DNA of 64,000 nt from the human T2T-CHM13v2.0 reference genome, Homo sapiens. Where the stretch lies: assembly GCF_009914755.1 (NCBI RefSeq), contig NC_060933.1, one strand, 5' to 3'. The notes under the pieces were generated by a model. It worked only from the letters and a program-made list of their open reading frames with translations. It made no database searches and was not told the DNA's origin. Within the stretch, counting starts at the first letter, position 1; each line of letters begins with the position of its first letter. Both the position numbers and the translations under genes were made by a program. Positions 45,795 to 59,421 of this stretch are shown here, piece after piece.

Positions 45795-46503
45795 TCCACT
45801 ACAATGGATATTATGAAAGATACAAATAATAACAAGTATTGGTAAGGATGTAGAGAAACCCAAATACTCATACATTACTGGTGGGGATATAAAGTGGTGC
45901 AGCCACTTTGGAAAAAAGTTTGACTCTTTCACAAAATGCTAAACATAGAGTTACAATATGAGCTGGGAATTCTACTACCTAGATATATTTCCAGGAGAAA
46001 TGCAAACATACGTTCACACAAAAACTTGTCCACAAATGTTCATAGCAGCATTATCCATAATTGCCAAAAAAGTAGAAACAACACAAATGTCTGTCAATGG
46101 AAAAATAGATAAAGAAAATTTGGTATGTCCATAAATAAAATATTGTTTTGCCATGAAAAGAATGACATATTTATACATGCTACAACCTGGATGCACCTTA
46201 ACAAACACGCTAAATGAAAGAAGCAAGTCACAAAACCTATATACTGTGTGATCCCATTTATTTTAAATGTCCAGAATAAGTAAATCTAGAGAGGCAGAAG
46301 TTAGATTAGTGGTTTCCTAGAGCTGAGTGTGGGCTGGGGTGGGAAGTGACTACTAAGGGTATTTTGGGTGATAAAAATATTCTAAATTTAGATTATGGTG
46401 GTGGTTGCACAATTATTTTAATATGCTAAAAACCATTGACTAGTACACTAAGTGAGTGAGCTTTATAGAGTATGTAAAATTTATATCTCAGTAAGTTATT
46501 AAG
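45795..46503 (+). mobile_element. L1MB-type 3' fragment
   Basis: ggtaaggatgtagagaaac...gtggtgcagccactttggaaa...ggtggttgcacaa. Confidence 0.85.
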
Positions 46504-46627
46504 AATCAGCTTATTATTCTCCAAGTTTTGAAAACAGAGTCACAGTTTCCCTGACCTTGGGCTTTAATCTTTACAATAAATAACCTTAGCCTCCTCTCTC
46601 TGCATGGCCTCTCTTTCCACTTGGTGA

Positions 46628-47182
46628 TGGCAGTGGACATGTGTCATTTTTCTGGCTGCCAGCATTTGAATCCATTTCCAAGTTTAGAGAACTGCCCCCC
46701 TACCACCACCATTTATGAGTCTTGGTGGAGTGCATCAGCCGCCTCCCATTATAAAATGGAAAACGCTGGTACCTGCTTGCTAAAGTTTAGAGGCCCCCAC
46801 CCTGCCCCAGCTTTGAAGTCAGGCACTTCAAATACAAAGATACACTTCAGATACAAAGAAGTGAGGACAGTGGGAAATCCATTCTGATGGCAGGTGAGCA
46901 GTGACAACAGCCAACTTGGTTTCCAGGGACAGCGTCCGTGTCCAGTGCCAGGTAGTGCAAGGCATGGCCACACTGTGCTCAGCAGGAGTGATCTCACCAC
47001 ATTGACTTTTGGCTTGATTTTGCCTGTGACTAAATGCTACTTAGTCTTCTGGTCCTGCCTGTTTCCAAGCCTGTTTCTTTAACTTTCCCACTAATTGTGT
47101 GAGTTTATTAATAGCCTTCCGATCAGTTCCTTTCCTTCCATGCTCAGTTTCTCTGCTTGCTCCTAAGAATCCTGTTTGATAC
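46628..47182 (+). mobile_element. LTR33-family (ERVL) solo LTR
   Basis: gtggacatgtgtcattttt...ggctgccagcatttgaa start and ctaagaatcctgtttgataca end. Confidence 0.65.
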
Positions 47183-47244
47183 AGTCAGCAAGGAAGGATA
47201 ATTTTCACCCCAGTCTCCAGGATCTTTCTTTAGATTCTGTAAGC

Positions 47245-47405
47245 ATTTACTTATTTAGTGACTACTTTGTGCCATCCAATAAATGATCTCATAATCGCAT
47301 AGTGGCACCGATACCAATAGCTCCCATTTCACAGATGAGGAAACAGGCTCATTGAAATGAATAGCTTGTAGATTCAAACCCAGGCCAAGCCCAGTGCCTT
47401 TCCCA
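47245..47405 (-). mobile_element. MIR fragment
   Basis: cccatttcacagatgaggaaacaggctca...gattcaaacccagg. Confidence 0.75.
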
Positions 47406-49257
47406 TAAGATCTTCATGGCCCCTTCTCCATTTTCACTGACACCACATCTCGCTCATTATTTACAGAACAAAAGGTCCCACTCCTCTCCCTCCCTCCACT
47501 ATCTTTCTTCTTTAAATCGCTGTGGGCATCATTGTCATATTTCATCATAAGAGTATTGTTGATTCCTTTGTACAACAGCTGATGATGACTCCCTACTGTT
47601 TAGGTGATCAGACCTCAGGAAGGTATTTCCTGATCACATCCAATGCCTCCTTTGTCTCTGGCCACATCTTTTACTAATTCTAAACAAGCCCATCACATGC
47701 TACAAGAGTAAGTCCTGTTTTCTCTTAGTCTGGCTCAACTTACTATAGACAGCAGGACCTCAATCAATACCCTTAATCTGGAGGCTGACTAAAGACAAAA
47801 TATTGAATTCACTCTTCATATTTTCATCATAAACCCCAAATTCTATGACAATGATGATTTTGGAAACAATAAATTAAGCATCAAGCATCATATGGCAAAA
47901 TCTATTGGAATGTAATATTTTTGGCAGGAAATCATTTCAGAGTGGAAAATGTTTGCTAAATATAAACACTGCAAAGCCATGTGCACCGCCAAGACTTTAT
48001 TATTAGATTCTCAGGGATTTTTATTTAGAAGCTGAGGAACTTGCGAGGCTGTACAATTCCTGGAATGGAATTTAGGTTTGCTTTCTGAAATCAATCCAGG
48101 CAAGCCTTTTTGCACATGAGCATTCTTAGAAAGTCTTTGAATGTCTATTCTTACTCACTTCTATGGGTGGCACAAAATCCAAAAATAAAATTACCATGAG
48201 GTTCTGCTTGCTTCCTGCTTTAGCGACACTGGAAATCCTCCAGGGATAGCTCATGTACTTTGTAAGTTCTCCTTTGCCTCTCTCATTGCCAGCATTGGGT
48301 AGTTGAAACCTAGACTCAGGACAAGATCTGGGATGGTGTGAACGTCAGGAAGGCTGTGCAGGAGAATTCAGAGGACTGGGCCACAACTGCTAAGGGTAGA
48401 CCTGGAATGCAAGGGCAATTCACAGAGGGTTGGTCAGCAGGGATGGGGCCAGCTATAGTGGTACTTGAGCCTGTCAAGGGGCTGAGCAGAGAGGCCTGGC
48501 CTGACTCCTACCTTGCACTACTCTTCTCTCAAATGGGAATACTGGGGGAATCCAAACAGATCCTGGCCATTAGCAGGAGAGATTGAAGAGACCACAGCCC
48601 ACATCCTGGGGCACTGTAGCATGTTCCTTTTATTGCTGGATCTGGCTGTAACTTTGGGACCTGACTGTGACACCCTGTGTAGTTATCTTGTCAAATCCCC
48701 TTGTAAGGCCCAGCCTAGTGCTTGGATGCCTGACACTTGCATCTTCTTTCTGTATGCTTCTTCCTGCCTCCCATGTGACTTTGTCAAGATGGCTGTCACT
48801 CCATCTTTGTTGCTATGAGCTTTGAGCCCCTTTGGACAACTCCCCTGGATGCTGCTTGCTCACCTGGGCCACTGCCTGTTGTTCAGGCCATGGCTTTCCA
48901 TCAACACTATATTTTACCGTCTCTTGCCAAGTCAAGCCTGTGCCCTCAGGGCCAGTCTTCCTTCATACAACTCTGTGAACAGACCTAATTTCAGACCCTG
49001 ACCATGTGTTGACTTCACCAGGCTCTACTCCTCAGAGGGGTAGCAGGAGCTGAGGAGGCTGTCAGGGGCCCAGGCATGGGTTAAAGGCTTTGGTAGCATG
49101 AATAGAAAGAATGGGTCAGAAGCCCAGACTGATGGACACAGGCATCAGGGAATGCACCAAGGAGACCAGGGCTTCATTGGCTCACAGGTCCCTGTGCTAA
49201 AGAGGAAAGCACATCCACAGTTAAAAAAAGCTGCTCTTCCTTCAGGTGTATACAACC

Positions 49258-49704
49258 TGTAGCGATTTGAATGTTGGCCCCAAAAGGATATGTGCAAGTC
49301 CTAACCCCTACTACCTGTGAATATGATCTTATTTGGAAAAAGGATCTTTGCAGATGTAATTAAGGATCTTGAGATTGAGATCATCGTGGATTACCCAGAT
49401 GGGCCCTAAATCCAATGACAGGTGTCCTTATAAGAAGAAAAGAAACAGTGAGAAGAAGGCCATTTGATGATGGAAGCAGAGATTGGAGTGGCGTAACTAC
49501 AAGCCAAGGAATGCCAAGTATTGCTGGCAGCTGGCAGAAGCTAGGAGAAAGGCAGGGAACAAATGCTTCCTCAGAGCCTATAGAAGGACCCAATCGTGCC
49601 AACACCTTAGGACTTCTGGCCTCCAGAACTGTGAGAGGATAAATTTCTGTTGTTTTTGGTCAGTTTGTGGTAATTTGTTAAAGCAGACTTTGGAAAGTAA
49701 TGCA
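49258..49704 (+). mobile_element. MLT1C-like solo LTR
   Basis: ttatttggaaaaaggatctttgcagatgtaattaagg...ccagaactgtgagaggataaatttctgttgttt. Confidence 0.88.
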
Positions 49705-51419
49705 CAGCCCCAGAAGGAGACATGGCTTTTTGGGTAGAGCACAGGCTAACTTTCAGCCCTTCCTGCCCAGCAGTCTGGTTTCTTTGTGCAAGGCACAAAC
49801 TACACCACAATTTATCAAGGCTCTGATGGAGACTGAGAAACCAGAGCCCAAATCCACAGAAAGAATTAAAGGAGTCAGCATTTGGTAACAGGAAAAGAAT
49901 GAACTCTATAGGCAGATGGAAGCCTGGGATTCTGACACTGTCGCAAGTTAGTATGATGTTGAGCATCAGTTTTTTTCACCTGCAAGACGGGGTGGGAAGG
50001 GAAGTAGCACTTGTTGATCACCTTTTGGGAATGATGATTCCCTTGAATTCACTGGATGGCTCTCAGGATTGGATGACAGAGTACAGTGCTTGGTTTCCCG
50101 TCTGTCCTCAACAGATATTTATTTCCTGTCCCCTCCTCTCCTCACCTTGGGTAACTGGTATTAGTGTTGCAGGAGCAATAAGGATACTTGAACTCTGCTA
50201 CAACTTTGCTTAAGCTCAGAAATGTTTGGAGCCTCTTGAAATTGCAGCCAATGGTGTCTGCCATTGGCTCCATGGGCCTTGCAGGGAGAATGAAGTTGAT
50301 ATACCTTCTGGAAAAGAAAGAGCAGGGAAAAAGCAGGAGCTACAGTTTATAAATTCTGTTTCTCCAACGTGGCCACAATTTGAAATCTACACTGCATGTT
50401 TATTCTGTTTGTAGCACTACATGCATGCAAAACTGGTTGAAGACAGTTTCCATGATGAACACAAGCATTATAATTGCCATGTTGATCTCCATAGGAATTC
50501 AAGTGGAAAAAAGGTTCTTTATTCCAGGATGCCCATATTTGGACATTGTTGCCCTTGCCAGACAAGAGGGAATGACCTTGTTCTTAATTTAAAAAAAAAA
50601 TGGAAAGGTGGTGGTAGTAGCCTGGTAGTAGCCTTGGTTAAAAGATTATGGGTTCACACTTTTCTACCAAGTGGAATCTGTCTGGCTATTCTGAAGCATA
50701 GAGACATTCTATGTCTTCTGAACATAAACAGGAGAGTTTGTTGAAATACAATATTAATATGCACTACTGAGAAGATTTTGATGGTTCATAAAACCCTCAT
50801 GAATCATGGATGAGAGAGTTACTGGAGTCTCACAGATCAATTAATTAGATGTACAAAGTGTATACATTTTTCATTTGATTATATTTTGGTGTTGTGTTAT
50901 AGATATTTGGTAGATAAAGTGAATCCAAGTATTTATTTAAAAAACTACTTCAAGACGACATTGGAGGGTGGTTAGTGAGTCTGAGTTGAAGGATTATGAG
51001 GGCCCCAAGGCTGGTCCTGAGTGTGCTGGTTAAAGGGGTGCACAGGCACCTGACATAACAGAGCTGGGAGTCCAGCAACTAACAGGAGAGAGAAAAGGTG
51101 GCATCCTTCTCCCTGTGAAAGTCGCCTTAAGAAAGCTTAGGCTCCACTTATGGCACAGAGAGCTAAACATACATCAGCTTTTCCCTCCAGGGAAATCCTT
51201 CGGGGTACTCTGAACACATTTCTGTTGGATTAACAGGGCCCTTAGTGAGATGGTGTTAGGCTGTCCAGCGACTGGGATCTTCCATTTCTTTCAGAGCAGG
51301 AGACAGCAAAATCATGGCTTTTGTTATCTATCTATATATACTTATTAATGAAGACATTCCAAATGAATGATGACTTCCTGAGCTATCCTTGTGGCATGTG
51401 CCTGTCCTTGTGTGAGTGC

Positions 51420-51448
51420 TTGTGTGTGTGTGTGTGTGTGTGTGTGTG
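51420..51448. repeat. (TG)n microsatellite
   Basis: Direct reading. Confidence 0.95.
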
Positions 51449-52122
51449 AGCAACTCACCTAAAAAGTAGGCTCTAGAGTAGGCTCTAAAGAGCTTGGCTG
51501 TGCCTTTTGAACTGACAGATACATATACTTTATAGAACTGTGAACTTTTTCACCCAATAAAACAGGGGTAATACAAGAGTCTTCTAAATCTTTATGTTTC
51601 ATGTCAGTATTACCAGGAATTCTGAGGCCGAAGTTCATTGCTTACAGGGTAGTTAAATAAAGATGTTAAAGGATTAGCTAAAACATTATCCATGTATTAT
51701 CCTAGAGTCAGTGGTAATATCTACTGACAAAAGAGAAGATTAACCTCAGAGCTTTTTGCTAAACAGCAAGCTGATGCTCAAGTCACGTTTCAACATATTT
51801 CTTTTGCAAGGAGGCTCTTTTATCTCTATCCAAGGTGATACTAATAGACTTATGGAATACGTTTTCCCGGTCTCCAGAAGTGTGTCAGCTTTCCAATGAC
51901 GTGTTTTTTCCAATAATTCAACTCATCAGATTCATCTGGAAACAGTTGTTTTGATGCCTTCTGTCTTTCATGTGGTGCCCTAATAAAGGCTGCAGAAGGA
52001 ATATGGTTTGCAGAAAGATTAAGGTGACCCAAAGATGTATTAATGCCCTGCTGATGTTCAAACAAGCCAATGGCTTTTTCTTTGGAAGTTTAGGTGTTAG
52101 TAGAAGGAGGCACAGAGGCTTG

Positions 52123-52400
52123 GAGTTACAGAATGTTTGGCCCAGAAGAGCTTAGAGATCCCATACCCATCTCACATTTGGGAGCCCTCTGTGGCTCCCC
52201 ATTTAGGTGGTCTCCAGCCATAGTTTCTGCACATTCAGGGCAGAGAAAGCTCACTACTTCCCCAAGGCAGTCTATTTCCACTGTTAGACCATGATAACAC
52301 AAGAAAAGTACTTCTGAGCTGAGCTGAAGTGAAATATGCTTATGCAACATTTGGTCCTAGTCCTGCTTTCTAAAGCACAAAGAATAAATCTCTTTCACCC
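52123..52400 (-). mobile_element. L3/CR1 relic, followed by a MIR (~52425-52625)
   Basis: agctcactacttcccaaggcagtctatttcca...ttggtcctagtcctgc...agaataaatct. Confidence 0.65.
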
Positions 52401-53089
52401 TGATGGGCCACACAGTCCAGATGAATGGATGGAGATATTGGGTTTGACTCTGCTCCATCACTTAAGTAGCAGAGCATGTTAGAATCTCTCAGAATCTTGG
52501 CTTTCTGGTCTCTTAGACGAAGATCAGGATCCCCATCACCTGGGCCATTGTGGAGTTTGGGCCAAATAATATATTTTAACCATCTATCATGGTACTTGGC
52601 ACATGGCAGGCATTTATTGAATGCTCCCTTCTTCCTTCTTCTTGGGAGCTCTTCAAACACTTGGAGGCAGCAAGTCTATTTTCCTTTGGTTTTCTCTTTT
52701 CCCAGCCTTCATGCTGCAGATCAAAGGAATGGAGCTGAAAGTGGGGGCTGGGAAATATCTAAGTCAGTGTCTCCTAAAGTGTGGGCATCAACAGGTGGTA
52801 AGAAAGGTTATTTTTAGATAGCACATGCATGATCATTTTATAATTTAAATATAAATCTATCTATCTATTTAAATGATATATTTCATAGCTGTCCTGTATT
52901 ATGTCAGGGAATACTATTTTTCTATATATGCTAGTGATATAAAGTCTCCTTTAAAATAAGGTTATTTAAGAATAAAGGCAAATCAAGTACAACAAAAGCT
53001 GTTATTATTACCTTGTTGAAAATCAAATGAGTTTCCAAGCAAATCAAAGTCTATTTCAAAAATCTCATTAGCAAGCAGATCTGAAGAAA

Positions 53090-53490
53090 CGACATGGTGT
53101 ATGACTCCAACTATGTGATATTCTGGAAAAGGCAAAACTAGAAAGACAGTAAAAAGATCAATGGTTGCCAGGAACCTGGAAGGAGGAAGGGATGAATAGG
53201 CAGAGCACAGGGGATTTTTAGGGCAGTGAAACTACTCTGTATGATACTGTAATGGTGGATATTTTTACATATTACATTTTTCAAAGCCCATAGAATGTAC
53301 AACACAAAGAATAGGTCTAGTAAACTATAAGATATTAATATTAGCTCATCAACTGTAGCACATGTATCATACTAATGCAAGATATTAATAATAGGAGAAA
53401 CTTGAGGGTATATGGACACTCTTTGTACTTTCTGTTCAGTTTTTTTGTAAGCCTAATACTGCAGAAAGAGTCTATTAATTAAAAAAAATT
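53090..53490 (+). mobile_element. L1MC-type 3' end
   Basis: ttctggaaaaggcaaaacta...gatgaataggcagagcacag...gggcagtgaaactactctgtatgatac. Confidence 0.8.
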
Positions 53491-53539
53491 AATTAGCTAG
53501 ACAACTTTCCAGCCTGATTGTTTATTCACTGCCATTTCT

Positions 53540-53955
53540 CCATCTGTCTCAGGGACATTTCATGTCAAAAACCAAATTAGTCACCTTTCTCTACAGAAGA
53601 GTACTGCTATCTAGTTACTTCCAATTGTTAACCTCTGAGATCCTCCCAACCTTAGAGAATATTGTGCTCCTATTCCTCCTTAATTTACCACCTTAGGTTC
53701 ATTACGAAATCTCTCTGTCCCTCTACTCCCTCCCTTTACTGTCTCTGGAATCCCAAACCTTCACAATTTCCACAACTATTGCCATGGACTGGGAGCTCTC
53801 ATCACTCCAAGCCTGGGCTACTCTGATTGCCTCTTGGATGGTCTTCTTATCTTTAATTTCTCCTCCATTCCAAGATCATCCATGAACAGCTGTTAAAATC
53901 AGGTTTGAATACCAATTTCACCCCATTCCTTCTTTGCTTGAGAATTTGCAAACCT
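53540..53955 (+). mobile_element. L2 fragment
   Basis: CT-rich sense L2 (catgtcaaaaaccaaat...gcctgggctactctgattgcctc). Confidence 0.55.
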
Positions 53956-54103
53956 CTGTTTCCAACCATCCAAGTGGGTGGAATGGTCAAAGACCTGGAT
54001 ATTACCTGTGCCCACCAAGTCAAGACAAGGACTTGGATGAGCAGCTACTAGCTGATCCAACAAAGATAATTAACACCGATAATTATGACCATGTATTGAA
54101 CAC

Positions 54104-54480
54104 CAGTAGAGGATGCTGTGGTTCGTGCCCAGGATGAGGTTCTCATTCCCTCACCCAGCGGCTGGCACTCTCAGGTGAGCCCCTCTCTAGGAATTGCCCT
54201 CACCTGAAGGCAGCCACCTCCCAGGGCCAGCACAGACTTGATGACTGGTGGATGAGGAGGAATAACGGCCCCATCTCCTAGCCATGAAGCAAGATACTTC
54301 AGAAGGGTCAGCTGAGCATGAGAGTTCCCATGGGATGGGCTGCCCCTGTTGTGACTGCATCAAAGTTTAGCTTCTCCCCAACTTCCTCACAGCACTTGCA
54401 TCCTACTGTGCCAGCCAATAATCTCCCTGTGCACAAATCCCATCTGGGCATCTGCTTTGTGGAGAATAAGCCCTGCAACA
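54104..54480 (+). mobile_element. LTR16A-like solo LTR
   Basis: gtagaggatgctgtgg...ggaattgccctca...cctgcaaca. Confidence 0.7.
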
Positions 54481-55242
54481 GCATCCAAAGTCAGTTGGAC
54501 TCTGAGTTTGTGCTATGTCCACTGATCTACACTATCTTTTGAAAACAGGCATAATAATAGCTGTCTGCTGTCAAATACTTTCTCGGTTCCAGGTGCTCTC
54601 CTAGGATATTTTATTTATACAAATTCTAATCTTCACATCAACCCTGTGAGATAGGCCCGCTTTCCAGATGAGAATACCTAAGAATTAGAGAATTTGGAAA
54701 TGTACAAAAGTGGTCCAGTCAAAAAGGTTTTGGGGACTTAGGGAAGGCCAGTCCGTGGCACCTGGGAGGCATGAAATACAAGTGACTTGACATTGAATTA
54801 TTCACTTCAGACTCATTTACTTCTCCCTGCCCAGGGACAGATCCTAAGAGGGGTTAGGAGGGCTGGGCAGTCGTTCAACGTTCCCTGCTTATCTCCGTTC
54901 TTCTTCCCAGGGATGCATCCTTATTAGCTCTTCTTCTGACTACATGTGAGCATTCCATTCCAATCCAGCCGCTCAGCCTGCTGTCCACTCCCTGCAGTGC
55001 AACCCAGCCCAGCCCCTGCCTTATGTGCGTGTCGTGTTTTGTCTTCTGAAATGCTCATTCCTCTGCCCATGCCCATCATGTTCCTTTCAGTTTGGTTAAA
55101 AAAGGATCTCCTTCTGAAAGGACTTTCTGGTGCTATTTCCAGAGAGACAATTCACCTCCCCAAGTACTTAAACACTCATTGTAGCCCCAGTTGTTCTAGC
55201 CTATTTCATATCCATTAGAGGTCATGCTTAGAATTCAGACCA

Positions 55243-55295
55243 TTTCTTCTTCTTCTTTCTTTTCTTCTTCCTTCTTCCTTCTTTCTTCTTCTTTG
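55243..55295. repeat. Imperfect (CTT)n polypyrimidine tract
   Basis: Direct reading. Confidence 0.85.
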
Positions 55296-55833
55296 TTAAG
55301 CAAATATACTCTTCTCTATGTGTTACCACTTCTGTGGTGCCCGTGTGATTTTGAAGTGTTTTTCGTATGCCATTAGACCTGGTCTTTTCTGCCAGATTGA
55401 CTGGAACTGGTAGAACATTTAGCATCTGCAGCTGGGAAATCATAGAAGAAATGCCTGAATGTTTTCCTATGTGAGTGATTCTTATCTCAGCCAAAGAAGA
55501 AGTAAGATTTTAAATGAGCCAAAACTGTTCCAGAAGGCAATTCTAGGAGTGAGCATTGTGTAAAAATCTGGAAAAATAAAAAGTTTAATTGTGACAACTG
55601 GGGTTTTATGTGGTAACTCTCTCCTCTTTATGTCGTGTTATACCCAAGAAAATCTTAATATCTCTTCCTATATTTATAATATTATTGAGGGTCAAAATTA
55701 CATGATGAAGGCGTAACTGTGCATGGTTCCTGTGGCCACTGAATCCAGATAAATAGATAGATAAACTCTATGTCCAGAACCAAGGAGTCTATTTTGGTTG
55801 TCTATTGTCTGGATCCACTCATTAGGCTGGAGA

Positions 55834-55995
55834 AGGGTTACCAGATAAAATACAGGATTCCCAGTTACAAGTGAATTTCCAATAAACAGCAGTATAAATG
55901 TCAAGTATCACATGGGCTATACTTATACTGCTGTTTATCTGAATTTCAAACGTAAATGGGCATTCTGTATTTCACTTGCTAAATCTGGCATCTGT
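55834..55995 (-). mobile_element. MER53 palindromic MITE
   Basis: agggttaccagataaaatacagg...tgctaaatctggca; the element is self-complementary. Confidence 0.85.
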
Positions 55996-57489
55996 AAGCT
56001 GGCAGGTACCTGGAAAGACTCCTCCTTCCAAGGAGGAAACCAGGTCATGGGTGAAGGCTTTAGTCAGGGATAGGGGGAAGGAATATTTCTTAGTGGCAGC
56101 CAAGTAGGTCAAAGTAATGCATGTTGTCCCATCAAATGCCTTTCTCCCTTTGAAAAACAGAAGCAATTACAGGAAGCTGAGCCTAACCAATGATCTGTGA
56201 AAGTCGGAGGTTGAGACAGAGGTCCCACATGTGTACATCTAGAAAACCAGTTGGGTGATGTGGTTAGGTTTGGCTTTTGGTTATGTGGATATCCTAGCAA
56301 TATTATGAGTAAGTGAAGAAAAATGAGGTTTTGGGGAATCAGAAGGGCAGGGCTGGCTTGCCAGAAGGACTAACTCCTGATGGGATGTCTGGTTTTCTTA
56401 ACATCTAGTATTGAAAGTTACAGGGCAAATTTGGCCTTGGTATGGGCAAGCTATGCAATTCAATGAGATCCAATGTGGCAGGCTGGTTGTGGGAGAAAGG
56501 CTTGGCTCCCACAGACAGCGCTGGCAAGTTAGGGTTAAGTGTCATAACTCTTGACCCAGTAGGGGCCTGGAGAACATAAAAGGTCATGATGAAAGAAGAT
56601 GAAGGCTGGAGAAGGGAGTTAATGAGGACACCAGCTTAAAGCTCTTGGACTCCTAGGCTTCTCCCAACACTCTAAGGATCCTTCTAGGGAAGCCTGTTTA
56701 ATTCTGGGTCTAGCCTAGGGGTGGAGTTGAGGCAGTTCATGGCCTATCTGCTTTGGTCAGGCTGGCTCAGAGTTTAGGAGGTGGGAGGCCCATGAGATAG
56801 ACCAAACAGTCAAGATCTGAGTAGCTCACAGGAAGCTAGAGGAACAGCTCCCAAATCATCTTCATTTGTGCCAGGAAGGTGTGTGGGGTAGAGAGTAGGC
56901 AATGTACCAGACACCACATGAAGGAGTAGCAGAAACAGTTGGAGAGGCAAGACTGATTGAAACAGGAAAGTACAGGCCAAAGAGGCAGATGAGTCATCAT
57001 ATAAAGATAGCACTAGACGCCATAGAAGGTCTTCTTCTTTTGAAAAGCAGAAACAATTATGAAAAGGTGCGGATAGGCTTTTGAAGGTTGTGTCTGATCT
57101 CTGGCTAGGCTCACAAGCCCAGCAGGAGCCTGTCCTACAAAGCCTTTCCCTGAGGAGAGCTTGCAGGTTGGGCAGCCTAAGCCCTCGACAGAAAAGCACA
57201 TGTTTCCATGAAGTCTGAAGTCTCAAATGATTGCATTTCATGGAGTTTGCCTTGTGCAAAGTCATAGAAACAAATCCAGGTGCACTGTGGGCACCAGAGC
57301 TAATAAAGAAGAGAATCTTGTAGACATGAAAGAGAGAAAGTAAGAGAGATAAAAGGAGATATGTGGAAAGAGAGAGAGAGAAAGGGAGGCCATAAACTTT
57401 GGTGGTTTTTGCCTTTAGTTTCACTTATGTAGGCCTTTTTGACTAAAAATTCTGAAGATTAGTGTTTGCTATACCTTCAGTTACCTTAT

Positions 57490-57793
57490 TTTTCGTTTCT
57501 TTCTTTCTTTTTTTTAAATTTTGCTGAGACAGGGTCTCATTCTGTCGCCCAGGCTGGAGGGCAGTGGCACGATCTTGGCTCACTGCAGCCTCAACTTCTC
57601 AGGCTCAAGTGATCCTCCCACCTCTGCTTCCCGAGTAGCTGAGACTGCAGGTGCATGCCACCATGCCTGCCTAATTTTTTTGTATTTGTAGAGATGGGGT
57701 TTTGCCATGTTTTCCAGGCTGGTCTCCAACTCCTGAGCTCAAGAGATCCACCTGCCTCGGTCTCCCAAAGTGCTGGGATTACCATGCCCGGCC
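57490..57793 (-). mobile_element. AluJ
   Basis: gcagcctcaac...ggctcaagtgatcctccc J-type bases; TSD cagttacctt(a/c)ttttt; small deletion near the Alu 5' end. Confidence 0.9.
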
Positions 57794-57982
57794 CCAGTTA
57801 CCTTCTTTTTCAATATTTAAGTTAGGTATTACACAAAAATGTTTGCAATGTAATTATCAACTTCTATAAGGCATTCCTTACTTGTTTACTTTGCACTAAG
57901 TTGATTTATATTACAGTGTTGAGAAGCTCACTGTCTGGATGTGGACTGTGCTGGGCCCTGAACACTTGCTTGTCTAACTTCT

Positions 57983-58143
57983 TTTTTTTTAACATTTAAA
58001 AAATAAGCTTTATTTTGGAGTAATACTAGATTTGCAGAAGAGTTGCAAAGGTAGTACAGAGAAGTCTCATATGCCCCTTGCCTAGTTTCCCCATTGTTAA
58101 CATCTTAACAATACCAAGTATATTTGTCACAACTGAGAAACTG
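57983..58143 (-). mobile_element. Short L1M (MB/MC/MD-type) 3' end
   Basis: agttgcaaaggtagtacagaga...gttaacatctta, with perfect 15-bp TSD gcttgtctaacttct. Confidence 0.8.
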
Positions 58144-59421
58144 GCTTGTCTAACTTCTAAATGTGCTTCTAAATGCCCAGGCTTTCAGGAGTGGAGAAAT
58201 GCCCTACTCAGGTTGATGTTTTTTCTTGCTCCGGGAGCCTGAACTTTCCACCCTTGGCTTTGGTATCCATGTGTGGTCCCTTTTCCAATGGTGTTTTCCT
58301 TTCTTATTTGATTTTTGTATTTATCATATCTCGATTTACATTCCCAAATGTAAAATAAACTATTTCAAAATGATTTTTTCGTACTTCTAGAGTTGAAACA
58401 GAGGAAAAAAATGCATTGTTCTGGCAAGGAAAAATATACTAACAGGAGTAAAATAAAAACAGTCACTTCATATTCAAGGCCAAACTCTGGAATTTAATCA
58501 TCTCTTATAAAAAAATAAACAATTTTTGAAAATTACTTAATTCATCACTGATTGAGCCTGGAAATTAGATATCGAGGAACAAAAACAATAAAACTCTGTT
58601 AGTTAGCATGAAAAGGCCAAAGCATGTTTAGTCTAAGTGTTTAGGTTAATAGACAATCACTGTGTGTTCACTCTAAAATAAGAGATCAGTTGTGAAAGAG
58701 GGCTCTAGTGAGTGGGTTAGGAAGGTACAATACATGAGAGCACTGGGCTGAGAGTCTACTTCCAGTTTCTCAGGCTAATTCTGCTACAAATGCTTTGTAT
58801 CCTCCAAGGCAAGCAACTTTATCTCAAGCCCTGATGTCTTCACTTGTAAATAAGAGATAGTTAGAGATAAAGAAGTGGCTCAAGATTTCCCCAAATTCTA
58901 GATTCTGATTCCATAACAAAATCCAATTCCCTAAACACTCAGGAGTTTAATTGAGTATTATTGGATGATTCACTTGGCAGTTAGGATCTTGCTGTGGAAG
59001 AGGGTCACCAGTATGAATATTCACTATTGTGATGATGAAATGTATAGGTGAGAATTCATGGATAGTTGGAGGATCAAACACAAGATCAATGCTTTCAAAT
59101 CTGCTTTATGATGTGGCATACATAGAAATCAGGGGTAAACAGATGAGGATGCCTAGACCTGGGGCATACTTAGATTCTCTAAACTATTCCCAGTTCCTCC
59201 ATGGGCTCATACTTAGATTCCCTAAGCTCTTCCTAGATCCTCCAAGGGCTGAGAGGATTGATTTCTTAGGTAACAACTTATAACCCAGTAATGGCATAGC
59301 CTAGCCCAACAGTCAGGAAGCTCTTGACTATGGACCAGAATTTGCTCTAGAATGGAGAGTGACATGTAACACAATAAACATGATAGCTACTAAAGATAAC
59401 ATGCCTTTATATTTTTATTCC

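Noticed and set aside
56810-57424. 204-aa minus-strand ORF
   Set aside because: It has a non-ATG start and low-complexity Leu/Ser/Phe composition from reading a GA-rich strand, with no recognisable domain.
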